The notes under the pieces were generated by a model. It did not search any database. It saw only the letters and a list, made by a program, of their open reading frames with translations, and was not told the DNA's origin. Shown here piece after piece: positions 16,287 to 24,362 of a stretch of 45,036 bases of DNA. The position numbers and the translations under genes were made by a program. Location of the stretch: the IMG/VR virus record IMGVR_UViG_3300032221_000187, positions 1 to 45,036 of that record, one strand, 5' to 3'. The first letter of the stretch is position 1; each line of letters opens with the position of its first letter. The DNA comes from a virus (lineage: Duplodnaviria; Caudoviricetes).

Positions 16287-16403
16287 AGGATTACTCAAAT
16301 GGAGTTCAAATGCAAAATTATAGATCAATGTATCGCCGCCGCACATTTCGACAGCAGCTAATGCTACGTGTATCTTATGATACACTTCGACGACTTATCA
16401 GTT

Positions 16404-16496
16404 AGCCTGACGGGCACTTCACCCCCAGCGGGAGATGCAGCAACCGGGGAGCGTGCGAGGCGCTACAAGGGTAAAGTTCGGGTATTCCGTCAGGCT
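16404..16496 (+). ncRNA. Candidate structured RNA
   Basis: Perfect 10-bp closing stem AGCCTGACGG/CCGTCAGGCT, inner stem ACTT-C-ACCC/GGGT-A-AAGT, hairpin AGCGT-GCGAG-GCGCT. Intergenic. Confidence 0.4.
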
Positions 16497-16572
16497 TATG
16501 GTTAGACATGGCCCGTGAAACTTACCAAACTGCATCAACTATCTTTCACTACTAAGCCAGGATGTAAACCTT

Positions 16573-16776
16573 ATGGATGGCCTAAATCGCACGGTGTCAC
16601 TCTCAGAAGCAGACGCCGTGACTATTGTAACCGCGTTATCAGTATTAGTAAGCGTATCAGAGTCTATCATAGCAGAAACAAATGATTACCCGCCGGAAGT
16701 CGTAAATGACTCACAACGTGGGAAAATCCTTCTACAAAGTTTCTGTGAAAAGTTTGGAATTGAATGTGAACATTGA
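16573..16776 (+). CDS. Hypothetical protein
   Basis: 67-aa ORF in operon orientation. Confidence 0.5.
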   Translation: MDGLNRTVSLSEADAVTIVTALSVLVSVSESIIAETNDYPPEVVNDSQRGKILLQSFCEKFGIECEH

Positions 16777-16805
16777 CTGATAGGTAAAACACGCAGGTTG
16801 ACCAA

Positions 16806-16823
16806 CTTAGCCATAAAGGTAAC
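16806..16823. promoter_or_regulatory. Operator-like site CTTAGCCATAAAGGTAAC
   Basis: Near-consensus and intergenic. Confidence 0.5.
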
Positions 16824-16846
16824 ATCTCCGTATCAGGAGAGTTACA

Positions 16847-17299
16847 ATGCTAGATTTAACCGCACTTAATAGCCCTAAAGCGTTCGGCCAGGTGGTCGGC
16901 ATGACGGATAGGGCAATGGCCCGCTTGGGATTATGGGCGTGCCAGCAAGCAGCCGATGGCTCTCAAGGCTTTGACGACGCTGTAGATATACTACAGGACT
17001 TCAACGAAGCCCGCCGCAAATCATCCGGCGACCCGCGTATTCAGATCGTTCCTCATAAAGTGCAGGTCTCTAAACTGGGGAGATTGTTACTCGCCGGGGA
17101 AACCTTTGGGGATGCCGCAGTCTCTATGCTAGAGGCTTTCTCTGAGCTTCATATGAAGAAGTTCATTCTTATGCCTTACGGCACTGGCGTCACCTATAAT
17201 GGTGAATATAATGGCATGGTCGAGGTCGCCCGCGAGGCCCTGCGCCGTGGCAAAGTTATTACCAGAAAAGAAATTACGGAATTAGTCACAGTTCAATAA
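16847..17299 (+). CDS. Hypothetical protein
   Basis: 150 aa with AGGAG Shine-Dalgarno. Confidence 0.65.
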   Translation: MLDLTALNSPKAFGQVVGMTDRAMARLGLWACQQAADGSQGFDDAVDILQDFNEARRKSSGDPRIQIVPHKVQVSKLGRLLLAGETFGDAAVSMLEAFSELHMKKFILMPYGTGVTYNGEYNGMVEVAREALRRGKVITRKEITELVTVQ

Positions 17300-17348
17300 C
17301 ACTTTGTTATTTACAAGTGACAAAAGTGTTGCTATCTGTCCCCCATTA

Positions 17349-17366
17349 GTTAGCTGGACAGGTAAC
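17349..17366. promoter_or_regulatory. Operator-like site GTTAGCTGGACAGGTAAC
   Basis: Consensus copy 5 bp before the start codon at 17372. Preceded by the inverted repeat AACACTTTGT...ACAAAAGTGTT. Confidence 0.7.
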
Positions 17367-17371
17367 AATCA

Positions 17372-17830
17372 ATGCAACATGATCCAAAAGATATATTAAA
17401 AATAGCATCAGAAACAATTACTGAACGCGGCGTAGCATACGGCGGGTTTGAGCAGTCATTCACACTTGCTGCACAAATGGCGTCATTAAGACTATTACGC
17501 GAAGTTCATCCATATGAAATCATTGTTGGTTTGATCGCCGTCAAAAACGCGCGGTCAGCATATAATGCCGACCACTTTGACAGTCATCTCGATGCCATTA
17601 ACTACGAAGCATTTCTGCCGATGTTTGCAGATGACTACGCTGCAAAAGTAAAAGGTCAGCCAGTTGGTGAACGCGTTGCACCGGCACCGCCTGTCCCGAT
17701 TGCGCCAATGGCCCCACAAAATAAACCAGCGTTCAAGATACCGAAGCCACCAAGAGAGGCAATGCTGGCCGATAGGTTAGCGCAAGCTGCGTCGGGAATT
17801 GAGGAACAAATGCACCTCCTTGAAGAATAA
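17372..17830 (+). CDS. DUF6378-like protein (all-alpha NTP-pyrophosphatase-like) with Pro-rich tail
   Basis: ASETITERGVAYG...KNARS...DSHLDAINY pattern. Confidence 0.6.
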   Translation: MQHDPKDILKIASETITERGVAYGGFEQSFTLAAQMASLRLLREVHPYEIIVGLIAVKNARSAYNADHFDSHLDAINYEAFLPMFADDYAAKVKGQPVGERVAPAPPVPIAPMAPQNKPAFKIPKPPREAMLADRLAQAASGIEEQMHLLEE

Positions 17831-17860
17831 GATTACCCGGCGTGCTCCATCGCGCCGTGT

Positions 17861-17906
17861 AAGCCCCTCGCGTCTAGGTCTCCAGTTGGCGCGGGGGGTT
17901 TTTATT
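17861..17906 (+). terminator. Rho-independent terminator
   Basis: GC-rich stem CCCCTCGCGTC/GGCGCGGGGGG followed by TTTTTATT. Confidence 0.65.
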
Positions 17907-17917
17907 AGGAGACACCA

Positions 17918-18088
17918 ATGAAAATAGCGTTCTGTTTATTCCTAATGGGTGTGTGTTTTGCGTGTTTAGTTGAGGGTTTGTGGACGGATCTGTGGCGTAA
18001 GCTCGACGCACACTGGCCACAACACCACGGTCACACGGTCACACGGGTTGACCCTTGGTTCGATGATTTCCTTAATCCGAGGATATAA
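17918..18088 (+). CDS. Small membrane-anchored protein (56 aa)
   Basis: AGGAG Shine-Dalgarno; MKIAFCLFLMGVCFACLVEGLW... ends 1 nt before the polymerase ATG. Confidence 0.5.
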   Translation: MKIAFCLFLMGVCFACLVEGLWTDLWRKLDAHWPQHHGHTVTRVDPWFDDFLNPRI

Positions 18089-18089
18089 T

Positions 18090-19952
18090 ATGCGGCTGAT
18101 ATTCCTTGACTTTGAAAGTTTTTTTTCAAAGGATTACTCGTTAAGCAAGATGACGGTTCCTGAATATATCTTAAGCCCACACTGGCAGACGCTTGGCTGC
18201 GCTGTGATTGACGGTATTGATGGCGAGCCACAATGGTTTGAAGGTGACACGGTTGCAGATTGGCTGCGTTCTATTGACGTGACGGAAGCTGCGATCTGTG
18301 CACACAACACACAATTCGACGGCAGCATCCTGTCGTTACGGTATGAAATATACCCACGCTTTTATTTAGATACGTTGTCTATGTCACGGGCGCAGCTGTC
18401 GCACTTGATACCCGGCGGCAAAGTTGCGTTGGCGTCAGTTGCTAAACACTTAGGCTTACCTGAAAAAGGTGGCGCGTTAGGTAAAGTAGTTGGCCTTGAT
18501 CTACAGGGCATAAAGGATGCTGGATTATACGACGAACTCGTGAGCTACGCGCTGCACGATGTTGATCTCTGTCGTCAGATATTCAAGCACCTGACACCCG
18601 GTTTTCCTACTCAGGAGTTGAAGGTAATTGACGGCTTGGTTCGCATGGTCACGCAGCCTAGCTTCGTTATTAACCGTCAACTCCTAGCCAATCATCTTGC
18701 ACGTCTGCGTTCGCAGAAAGAAACATTACTTGAGCGTGTCGGTCTTACGAAACTTGAACTGATGTCGGATGATAAGTTCGCCACGGCGTTAAGTAATCTT
18801 GGCGTTATGCCGCCGCGTAAGATCAGCCCGACAACGGGGCGTGAGGCTTGGGCCTTTGCAAAGACAGACAAAGATTTGCAGGCATTGCAGAGCCATGAAG
18901 ATGAAGACGTGCAGGCGCTCATCGCCGCGCGGCTTGGGTTCAAGTCAACCATTGAAGAGACACGAACCGAAAGGTTCATTGCTATTCATGACGCGACACA
19001 GCAAGCCAAGGGTAAGTCTTTCATGCCGGTCGCGTTGAAATATTCCGGCGCACACACACACCGCCTGTCAGGTGATTGGTCTCTTAATCTTCAGAATTTA
19101 CCATCGCGCGGCAACACGACACTTCGTGACGCGTTGGAGGCACCGGACGGTCACACGGTGGTAACGTGCGATGCCTCGCAAGTTGAGGCGCGATTGACGG
19201 CGTGGCTCTCTAAGCAATACTCGCTGGTCGATCAGTTCGGTAATAACGAAGATGTGTATAGCTCATTTGCGTCACGCATTTATGGGTATCCTGTCACTAA
19301 GAAAAACAAGGTCGAACGGTTTCTCGGTAAGACCTGTATCTTGGGGCTAGGTTTTAATATGGGTCACGCCAAGTTCCGTGAGACGGTGCGCGTTCAAGCT
19401 GCGGCGATGGGTATTGATATGCCGATGGATGAGGCAGAGGCGCAACGTATTGTGAACCTCTATCGCTCGACTTATGCTGCGATTTCGCAGACATGGCGTA
19501 CATTGAACGACATGCTGGCTCGCATGATTGATGGTCGTATAGGTGGCTTTGAGTTGGGCCCGTGCCGGTTTGAGAAAGACGCGATCCTGTTACCGACGGG
19601 GCTAAAGATTAATTACCATAACCTACGCCGTGAGGATGGTAACTTTGTCTATGACTACGGGTCAGGCGTACGCAAGGCGTATGGGGGCAAGGTGCTAGAG
19701 AACTGTGTCCAGGCGCTCGATAGAGTGCTCGTCATCGACGCAACGATGCGGGTTAACCAACGCTTCCGCCATATTGGGCTCCATGCAGCACATAATGTCC
19801 ATGACGAGGCTGTATGGGTTGTCCCTGACAGATACGCCGAAGAAGTTCGGGACGCCGCCCTGGAGGAATTTAAACGCCGCCCACTATGGGGTCTCGACCT
19901 CCCGCTCGATGCAGAAGCAGCGATGGGTAAAACTTTTGGGGCTTGCAAATAG
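18090..19952 (+). CDS. polA: Family A DNA polymerase with 3'-5' exonuclease
   Basis: Exo I DFES, Exo II AHNTQFD, Exo III YALHD; NLQNLP; motif A DASQVEAR, motif B RFLGKTCILGLGF, motif C VHDE. Start moved to ATG 18090 (GAGG upstream). Confidence 0.95.
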   Translation: MRLIFLDFESFFSKDYSLSKMTVPEYILSPHWQTLGCAVIDGIDGEPQWFEGDTVADWLRSIDVTEAAICAHNTQFDGSILSLRYEIYPRFYLDTLSMSRAQLSHLIPGGKVALASVAKHLGLPEKGGALGKVVGLDLQGIKDAGLYDELVSYALHDVDLCRQIFKHLTPGFPTQELKVIDGLVRMVTQPSFVINRQLLANHLARLRSQKETLLERVGLTKLELMSDDKFATALSNLGVMPPRKISPTTGREAWAFAKTDKDLQALQSHEDEDVQALIAARLGFKSTIEETRTERFIAIHDATQQAKGKSFMPVALKYSGAHTHRLSGDWSLNLQNLPSRGNTTLRDALEAPDGHTVVTCDASQVEARLTAWLSKQYSLVDQFGNNEDVYSSFASRIYGYPVTKKNKVERFLGKTCILGLGFNMGHAKFRETVRVQAAAMGIDMPMDEAEAQRIVNLYRSTYAAISQTWRTLNDMLARMIDGRIGGFELGPCRFEKDAILLPTGLKINYHNLRREDGNFVYDYGSGVRKAYGGKVLENCVQALDRVLVIDATMRVNQRFRHIGLHAAHNVHDEAVWVVPDRYAEEVRDAALEEFKRRPLWGLDLPLDAEAAMGKTFGACK

Positions 19953-19969
19953 TTACCTGTCGGGCTATT
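19952..19969. promoter_or_regulatory. Operator-like site GTTACCTGTCGGGCTATT
   Basis: Near-consensus, upstream of the wHTH gene at 20001. An almost identical copy is at 10228-10245. Confidence 0.55.
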
Positions 19970-20000
19970 TTGAAACAGAACTGTAACGAATAGGGTTGCG

Positions 20001-20297
20001 ATGTCGTTGGTACTAGATGCCGTTACTATTGGCGCTGCGCTTGAACTTCCTACTTCATTGGCGCGGGTTACAATGATGCTCTTAGCGGAGCCGAAAGTAA
20101 CACCGCAAGAAGTAGAGAAGAAGCAACAATTCACGGACGGTTGCGGTCGTGTGTATATGTCACGGCTACGGCAGGCGCTGAGTGAAAAGCACGACGTTGA
20201 GCTCCGTTCGTCTCGTGGCTTTGGATATTATTTAAAGCGTGAAGATAAAGAATATCTGACTTCCGTAATTAACGAGTTCCATAAACAATTTACGTAG
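20001..20297 (+). CDS. OmpR/PhoB-type winged-helix DNA-binding protein (no receiver domain)
   Basis: RVYMSRLRQAL...VELRSSRGFGYYL matches the Trans_reg_C recognition helix and wing. Confidence 0.75.
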   Translation: MSLVLDAVTIGAALELPTSLARVTMMLLAEPKVTPQEVEKKQQFTDGCGRVYMSRLRQALSEKHDVELRSSRGFGYYLKREDKEYLTSVINEFHKQFT

Positions 20298-20327
20298 GCA
20301 ACTTTCCTCCCGCTTACGTAAATTACT

Positions 20328-20367
20328 GCCCGGGGGTTTACCCCTAGCAAACTCCCGGGCGCTTTTA
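20328..20367 (+). terminator. Hairpin/terminator-like element
   Basis: GCCCGGGGGTTT/AAACTCCCGGGC stem then GCTTTT. Preceded by the inverted repeat AATTTACGTA...TACGTAAATT. Confidence 0.5.
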
Positions 20368-20378
20368 ATAGGTGAAAG

Positions 20379-21089
20379 ATGTCAAGATTTGCAGCGAAGC
20401 CTACGGCGGCGCGTTCTCCAACTGTCTCTAATTTCAACTTTACATACAGTAAACTTGGCACTTTCGAGAATTGTCCAAAGAAGTATTACCATCTCTACGT
20501 AGCCAAAGATGTAAAAGAACCTGACAGCCCACACCTCCGATTAGGTAATGAAGTTCACGCTGCACTAGCCTTGGCGGCGCAGACAAGATCACCGCTTCCA
20601 AATGATCTTGCAAAGTACCAGCATCACGTTGACCGCACGCTCAAGGGAGTAGGTGAGGGGTGTTCACTGCTCATCGAACAGAAGCTGGCGATGAATAAGA
20701 ATTTCCAGCCGGTTCCGTTCTTTGATGACGAGGTATGGTTCCGAGGTATCGTTGACGTAGCGAAAGTCGCTGGCGATGTCGCTGTTGTCTTCGATTATAA
20801 AACGGGAAAACCTAAAGAGGACATGGTGCAGCTGGCGTTGTTTGCGGCGCTTGTCTTTAGTCACCACCCAGCAGTTCAAAAGATAACCACTGCGTTCGTC
20901 TGGTTAGCTGATGACTTTTTAACAACAGAAGATTTTCGACGCGATGAACTTCCTGACCTCTGGTCTGCGTTGCTCCCTCGCGCTGATGCTTTGGAGAACT
21001 CGCACGTAACAATGGAGTTTCCTCCAGTAGAAAATGCTCTGTGTAAATATTGTCCTGTCACAAAATGCGCGTTCAATAAGCGAGGCTGA
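20379..21089 (+). CDS. PD-(D/E)XK exonuclease (RecB/Cas4-like phage nuclease)
   Basis: YSKLGTFENCP, GNEVH, IEQKL, RGIVD, DYKTG, QLALF and C-terminal CKYCPVTKC (1+3 Cys). Confidence 0.88.
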   Translation: MSRFAAKPTAARSPTVSNFNFTYSKLGTFENCPKKYYHLYVAKDVKEPDSPHLRLGNEVHAALALAAQTRSPLPNDLAKYQHHVDRTLKGVGEGCSLLIEQKLAMNKNFQPVPFFDDEVWFRGIVDVAKVAGDVAVVFDYKTGKPKEDMVQLALFAALVFSHHPAVQKITTAFVWLADDFLTTEDFRRDELPDLWSALLPRADALENSHVTMEFPPVENALCKYCPVTKCAFNKRG

Positions 21090-21090
21090 T

Positions 21091-21411
21091 GTGACGCCGG
21101 AAGGAAAAGTAAAACAAAAGGTGCGTGAAGTTTTAAAGGCGCACCCTGACGTTTGGTATTTCATGCCGGTGCTTAACGGGATGGGACAACCGACATTAGA
21201 TTTTCTCTGCGCTGTACGCGTCAAAGATACTGCCGCAATGTTTGCGATAGAGACAAAGTCACCGGGCAATAAGCCAACTGAGAGGCAGAAAGTTACGATA
21301 GAAAAAATGGAAGCCGTCGGTGTTAAAGTATTCGTCATCGACGGTGACACGGTCGAACTTGAAACATGGTTACACCAACTGGAGCACTATAGAAATGGAA
21401 ACCGCTGCTAA
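21091..21411 (+). CDS. VRR-NUC domain nuclease
   Basis: TPEGKVK...LDFL...AIETKSPGNKPTERQ; GTG start at 21091. Confidence 0.85.
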   Translation: MTPEGKVKQKVREVLKAHPDVWYFMPVLNGMGQPTLDFLCAVRVKDTAAMFAIETKSPGNKPTERQKVTIEKMEAVGVKVFVIDGDTVELETWLHQLEHYRNGNRC

Positions 21412-22912
21412 CCTCCTCATGCCATATGATGCCCGCGTGGCGGGATTATTTCCCGACGCGGCTATCGTTGGCGACGAGATGCAGCTGCCCCATACCTATT
21501 CGGTGACACGGTTACTTCGTAATATGAATTACGATGTTCCGGCTCCAGTGCTCACACAATATGATTGGAACGGATTATCTCCATACGAGGTGCAAAAGAA
21601 AACGGTAGCCATGATGACTACCAACCGACGCGCCTATGTATTGAACGGACTTGGTACAGGTAAAACGCTGTGTGCGTTGTGGGCGTTTGATTTCCTACGC
21701 AGAACCGGCGAAGCCAATAAGATGCTGGTCGTAGGCCCGCTATCAACTATGTCGTTTACGTGGGAGTCCGAAGTATTCCGGTTCATGTCGCACTATAAGA
21801 CAGTGGTGCTCCACGGCACCAAGGCCAAGCGACTAGCTGCCCTAGAGAGTGACGCAGACATCTATATCATTAATCACGACGGCGTTAGCACAATCTATGA
21901 CGAGCTAATGGCCCGTGATGATATTGATGTAATTGTTCTCGACGAGTTGAGCGTCTACCGCAACGGTAGCTCGCAGCGCAATAAGCTCATGCGTAAGGTA
22001 ACTCGTAATCGTAAATGGGTTTACGGTCTCACGGGTTCACCAATGCCCCGCTGCGTGACAGACGTTTGGGGTCTGACACAAGTAATAGATCCATCCAGGG
22101 CACCTAAATATTTTAAACAGTGCCAACAAGAATTAATGTACCAAGTCAGCACATATCGCTACCTCCCTAAAGAGGGGGCCGTCAATAAAGCCTTCGATAT
22201 GTTGCAGCCCTCGGTGCGTTACTCACTCGATGACATCGTCGAGTTACCTGACGTTGTGTATCGCTATGTTGAAGTTCCACTTGGTGCAAACCAGAAGAAA
22301 CTTTACAAAGAAATGCACGGTAAAGCAGTAGCGATGGCGGAAGACGGCGAGATTAACGCCGCTAACGCTGCGGCAGTAATGAGCAAGTTGCTGCAAATAT
22401 CTACGGGCTGGGTTTATAATTCAAATAAAGACGTGTTCACGCTCGATAATGAATTGCGCGTGCAAACTATGGTTGAGATGGTAAGCGACGCAGATCACAA
22501 GGTTTTAGTGTTCGCGCCATTTAAATCTGCTTTATCTGGATTAGGTAAGGCGCTTGAAGATGCGGACATAGAATATGCCACGGTGTCAGGTGACACGTCG
22601 GCAAGTGACCGCAACGAAATCTTCAGCGCTTTTCAAGACACCGATAAATATAAAGTCCTCGTCGCTCATCCAGCGTGTCTCGCACACGGTATTACATTGA
22701 CAGCGGCAACGACGATTATCTGGTTCGGCCCCGTACTAGATTTAGAAGTTTTCTTTCAGGCTAACGGTCGCATCACACGCTTGGGCCAAAAGCACAAGCA
22801 GTTAGTGCTGATGTTTGGTGGCACCCCGATTGAAAAGAAAGTTTACGACATGCTCGGTAGGAAGGAGTCAACACAACGTGAATTCCTCGATCTTATCGCA
22901 GAGGCTTCATAG
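21395..22912 (+). CDS. SNF2-family (SF2) helicase
   Basis: GLGTGKT, LDELS, LTGSP, SKLLQ, AHGITL, QANGRITRLGQ; start 21395 with GGAG. Confidence 0.92.
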   Translation: METAANLLMPYDARVAGLFPDAAIVGDEMQLPHTYSVTRLLRNMNYDVPAPVLTQYDWNGLSPYEVQKKTVAMMTTNRRAYVLNGLGTGKTLCALWAFDFLRRTGEANKMLVVGPLSTMSFTWESEVFRFMSHYKTVVLHGTKAKRLAALESDADIYIINHDGVSTIYDELMARDDIDVIVLDELSVYRNGSSQRNKLMRKVTRNRKWVYGLTGSPMPRCVTDVWGLTQVIDPSRAPKYFKQCQQELMYQVSTYRYLPKEGAVNKAFDMLQPSVRYSLDDIVELPDVVYRYVEVPLGANQKKLYKEMHGKAVAMAEDGEINAANAAAVMSKLLQISTGWVYNSNKDVFTLDNELRVQTMVEMVSDADHKVLVFAPFKSALSGLGKALEDADIEYATVSGDTSASDRNEIFSAFQDTDKYKVLVAHPACLAHGITLTAATTIIWFGPVLDLEVFFQANGRITRLGQKHKQLVLMFGGTPIEKKVYDMLGRKESTQREFLDLIAEAS

Positions 22913-22921
22913 GAGGAAAGT

Positions 22922-23347
22922 ATGACACAAGCAGTAGAGACTACAGACACACCGTATAATTTTAATGAGCGTGCAGAACAGTTTCATATCTTCAAAGCCA
23001 AGAAAAAAGCTATCGAAGATAGGCACAAGGAAGAGCTTAAAGACGTTAACGAGGCGATTGAGTTAATCAAGCTCTCTCTACTCGACCACCTCAATAAGTT
23101 CGGCCTCGATAATGTTAAGACGCCGCACGGCACTATCCACAAAGTGCGTCGTCGTTCTGCACCTATTGAAGACGCGACTGCATTTCTGGAGTTCGTTCGC
23201 AAAAGCGATGCGTGGGAATTTCTGGATCTCAAGTGCAATCTTACAGCTGCGGCAGATTACATTGACGAACACGGTGACGCCCCTCCAGGCGTGACGTTCA
23301 AAGTTCACACAGACATCGGCGTATTAGCGCCAACAAAGAAAGGTTAA
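22922..23347 (+). CDS. Conserved replication-module coiled-coil protein
   Basis: N-terminal coiled coil, VKTPHGT, PPGV C-terminus; AGGAGG Shine-Dalgarno. Confidence 0.65.
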   Translation: MTQAVETTDTPYNFNERAEQFHIFKAKKKAIEDRHKEELKDVNEAIELIKLSLLDHLNKFGLDNVKTPHGTIHKVRRRSAPIEDATAFLEFVRKSDAWEFLDLKCNLTAAADYIDEHGDAPPGVTFKVHTDIGVLAPTKKG

Positions 23348-23350
23348 GTT

Positions 23351-24310
23351 ATGAGCGATCTAATTGCATTTCCCGACAGCTTCGGTGCCGTTGCGCACCG
23401 CGACGCGGGTTCCTTCCAAGACGACTTAGCAGCTGGGTTGTCCAGCAGCTTTGGTGTCCTATCCATACAGGGCAAGGTGTTTCGTATCCGCTACGGCGGC
23501 AACGAGACACCATTAGTTGACGCGCGTAAAAATCCATTACCACAGCTTGACGTTGTTATTGTCGGCGCATCCCCCCATGTGTCGCGTACATACTACGAGG
23601 GTGGCTTTGAGGCTAACGCTGGCCGCGCGCCGACTTGCTCGTCATCAGACGGCAAAGTGCCTGACGCCCGTGTCGAAAACCCACCGGCTCGGTCATGTCT
23701 GGCGTGCCCGTACGCCGTTCGTGACCAAGTTACGCCAACTAACGCTAAAGTCTCCAAGTGCGCCAATAACAAGCGCATCGCCATTGTCCCCCTTGGCGAT
23801 CTGGAGAACGAACAGTTCGGTGGGCCTATGCTGCTGCGCATCCCCGGCGGTTCACTAAAGAGCCTGACCAATTATGCGCAGGCCCTGAAGTCAAAACGCT
23901 TTCATAGCTACGAAGTGGCTACGACATTGCAGTTTGATTTCGCAGTTGCACATCCACGACTTGTGTTTTCTCCACTGCGTCCGCTTACACCCGACGAGCA
24001 GCATGTCATCAACGATATGCGCGCTGGTGGCCAGTTGAACTCAGTGTTGGCGACATCTGACATGGAGCATGGGGAGGGTTCGCAACGTCAACCTGTTAAC
24101 GCTGATGTTGCAGCGCAGAACGCAATGGATGCTTTTCCAGTAAAAATGGAGCACGCACAACCTGCGTCACCTGTCAAGGTAACTCCGAAAAATAAAGTTA
24201 CACGTCCTGTGAAATCTCAGATTGCTGAGGCAGTGAATGATCCTGTAACAATCACGCCGCCGCAATCATTCGAAGCCGACTTAGACGCGAAACTAAAAGG
24301 TCTGATGTAG
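23351..24310 (+). CDS. Putative ssDNA-binding/annealing protein with Cys cluster
   Basis: LSIQGKVF...YYEG...PTCSSSDG...CLACP...KC...LRIPGGSLK core plus low-complexity tail; located between helicase and primase. Function inferred. Confidence 0.55.
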   Translation: MSDLIAFPDSFGAVAHRDAGSFQDDLAAGLSSSFGVLSIQGKVFRIRYGGNETPLVDARKNPLPQLDVVIVGASPHVSRTYYEGGFEANAGRAPTCSSSDGKVPDARVENPPARSCLACPYAVRDQVTPTNAKVSKCANNKRIAIVPLGDLENEQFGGPMLLRIPGGSLKSLTNYAQALKSKRFHSYEVATTLQFDFAVAHPRLVFSPLRPLTPDEQHVINDMRAGGQLNSVLATSDMEHGEGSQRQPVNADVAAQNAMDAFPVKMEHAQPASPVKVTPKNKVTRPVKSQIAEAVNDPVTITPPQSFEADLDAKLKGLM

Positions 24311-24318
24311 TAGCTACT

Positions 24319-24349
24319 GCGGGAGGTTAACGCCTCCCGCTTATTTTTT
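24319..24349 (+). terminator. Rho-independent terminator
   Basis: GCGGGAGG-TTAACG-CCTCCCGC then TTATTTTTT. Confidence 0.8.
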
Positions 24350-24362
24350 GCTGGGGGGATTA

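Noticed and set aside
17588-17608. Possible self-target of tract 1 under an NNx code (CTc GAt GCc ATt AAc TAc GAa versus GT GA GC GT AA TA GA)
   Set aside because: Only 12 of 14 informative bases over 7 of 13 units, and the rest does not match. A partial match this good is expected by chance given four tracts and several sub-windows.
20379-21089. Cas4 as part of the RAMP system
   Set aside because: It sits 4 kb away in the standard PolA/VRR-NUC/SNF2 replication module, where such nucleases are routine.
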